In this document: positions 63,862 to 64,000 of the stretch, in pieces
Position numbering within the stretch: the stretch's first letter is position 1
How the letters are laid out: every line of letters begins with the position of its first letter
NCBI GenBank assembly: GCA_019244185.1
Contig: JAFATB010000022.1
Span: 389,586-453,585 of the forward strand
From: Acidobacteriota bacterium
Lineage (GTDB): Bacteria > Acidobacteriota > Thermoanaerobaculia > Gp7-AA8
DNA: 64,000 nt
Direction of reading: 5' to 3'
Position numbers and translations under genes: made by a program
Notes under the pieces: generated by a model
Database searches by the model: none
Seen by the model: the letters and a program-made list of their open reading frames with translations, nothing else
What the model was told of the DNA's origin: nothing

Positions 63862-64000
63862 CGGCTTTCGAGGGACGCGGACGAGGGAAGTGGCTACCGT
63901 CCCACAAAATAAATACGTAGTGACGGCAATACCATCAGACGACAAGAAATTCGCACGTAGGAGGGCTCCTACACCATCGAGTTACGAACCGCGTACGCCA

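Noticed and set aside
1-64000. CRISPR arrays, IS elements, transposases, integrases, phage genes
   Set aside because: No regularly spaced direct repeats and no recognisable transposase or integrase motifs were seen on either strand. The window looks like core chromosome plus accessory secreted-protein genes.

Overview
High-GC (~68-70%) bacterial chromosomal segment, densely coding on both strands, with a gene repertoire typical of Acidobacteria- or Gemmatimonadetes-like soil bacteria. I see no CRISPR arrays, transposases or integrases. Because of the GC content, most long antisense six-frame ORFs are artefacts and I ignored them. Recognisable content includes:
- a long PLP decarboxylase and lysS;
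- a tight plus-strand operon: cysteine desulfurase-like gene, membrane rhodanese, archease, rtcB;
- a secreted protein with duplicated PPC domains;
- a MacAB/DevCBA-like ABC efflux operon followed by a LytS/LytTR two-component pair;
- two paralogous DUF5916/CBM9-like secreted proteins, each next to a regulator;
- an RRM RNA-binding protein in a low-GC islet;
- several secreted Zn peptidases (DUF5117-type, HExxGH-type, a pair of M16 peptidases, an S41 peptidase) and a 1114-aa Vps10/BNR protein;
- a histidine-themed neighbourhood: tRNA-His, hisS, histidine ammonia-lyase, an EgtD-like histidine N-methyltransferase;
- a Crp/FNR regulator, a ZIP transporter, and large PAS/GAF hybrid histidine kinases.
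The most unusual observations are:
1. The rhodanese gene carries an in-frame TGA at the active-site loop. The sequence after it completes the rhodanese fold, and a GC hairpin lies 14 nt downstream. This is a candidate selenocysteine Cys-x-Sec rhodanese, or alternatively a fresh nonsense mutation. It sits between a cysteine-desulfurase/selenocysteine-lyase-like gene and archease-rtcB.
2. The tRNA-His has no encoded G-1, and has G1-U72 and A73. It sits directly upstream of hisS, which is translationally coupled to hutH.
3. A 158-bp imperfect inverted repeat whose mismatches are all G-U-compatible on the plus strand, which would suggest a structured RNA.
4. A composite heptamer-repeat element between tRNA-His and hisS.
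5. A signalling operon (FIST sensor plus hybrid histidine kinase) that carries at least five frameshifts within 2.7 kb, while the rest of the window is intact.
All coordinates come from the ORF track and hand counting of the sequence; small off-by-one errors are possible for non-CDS features.
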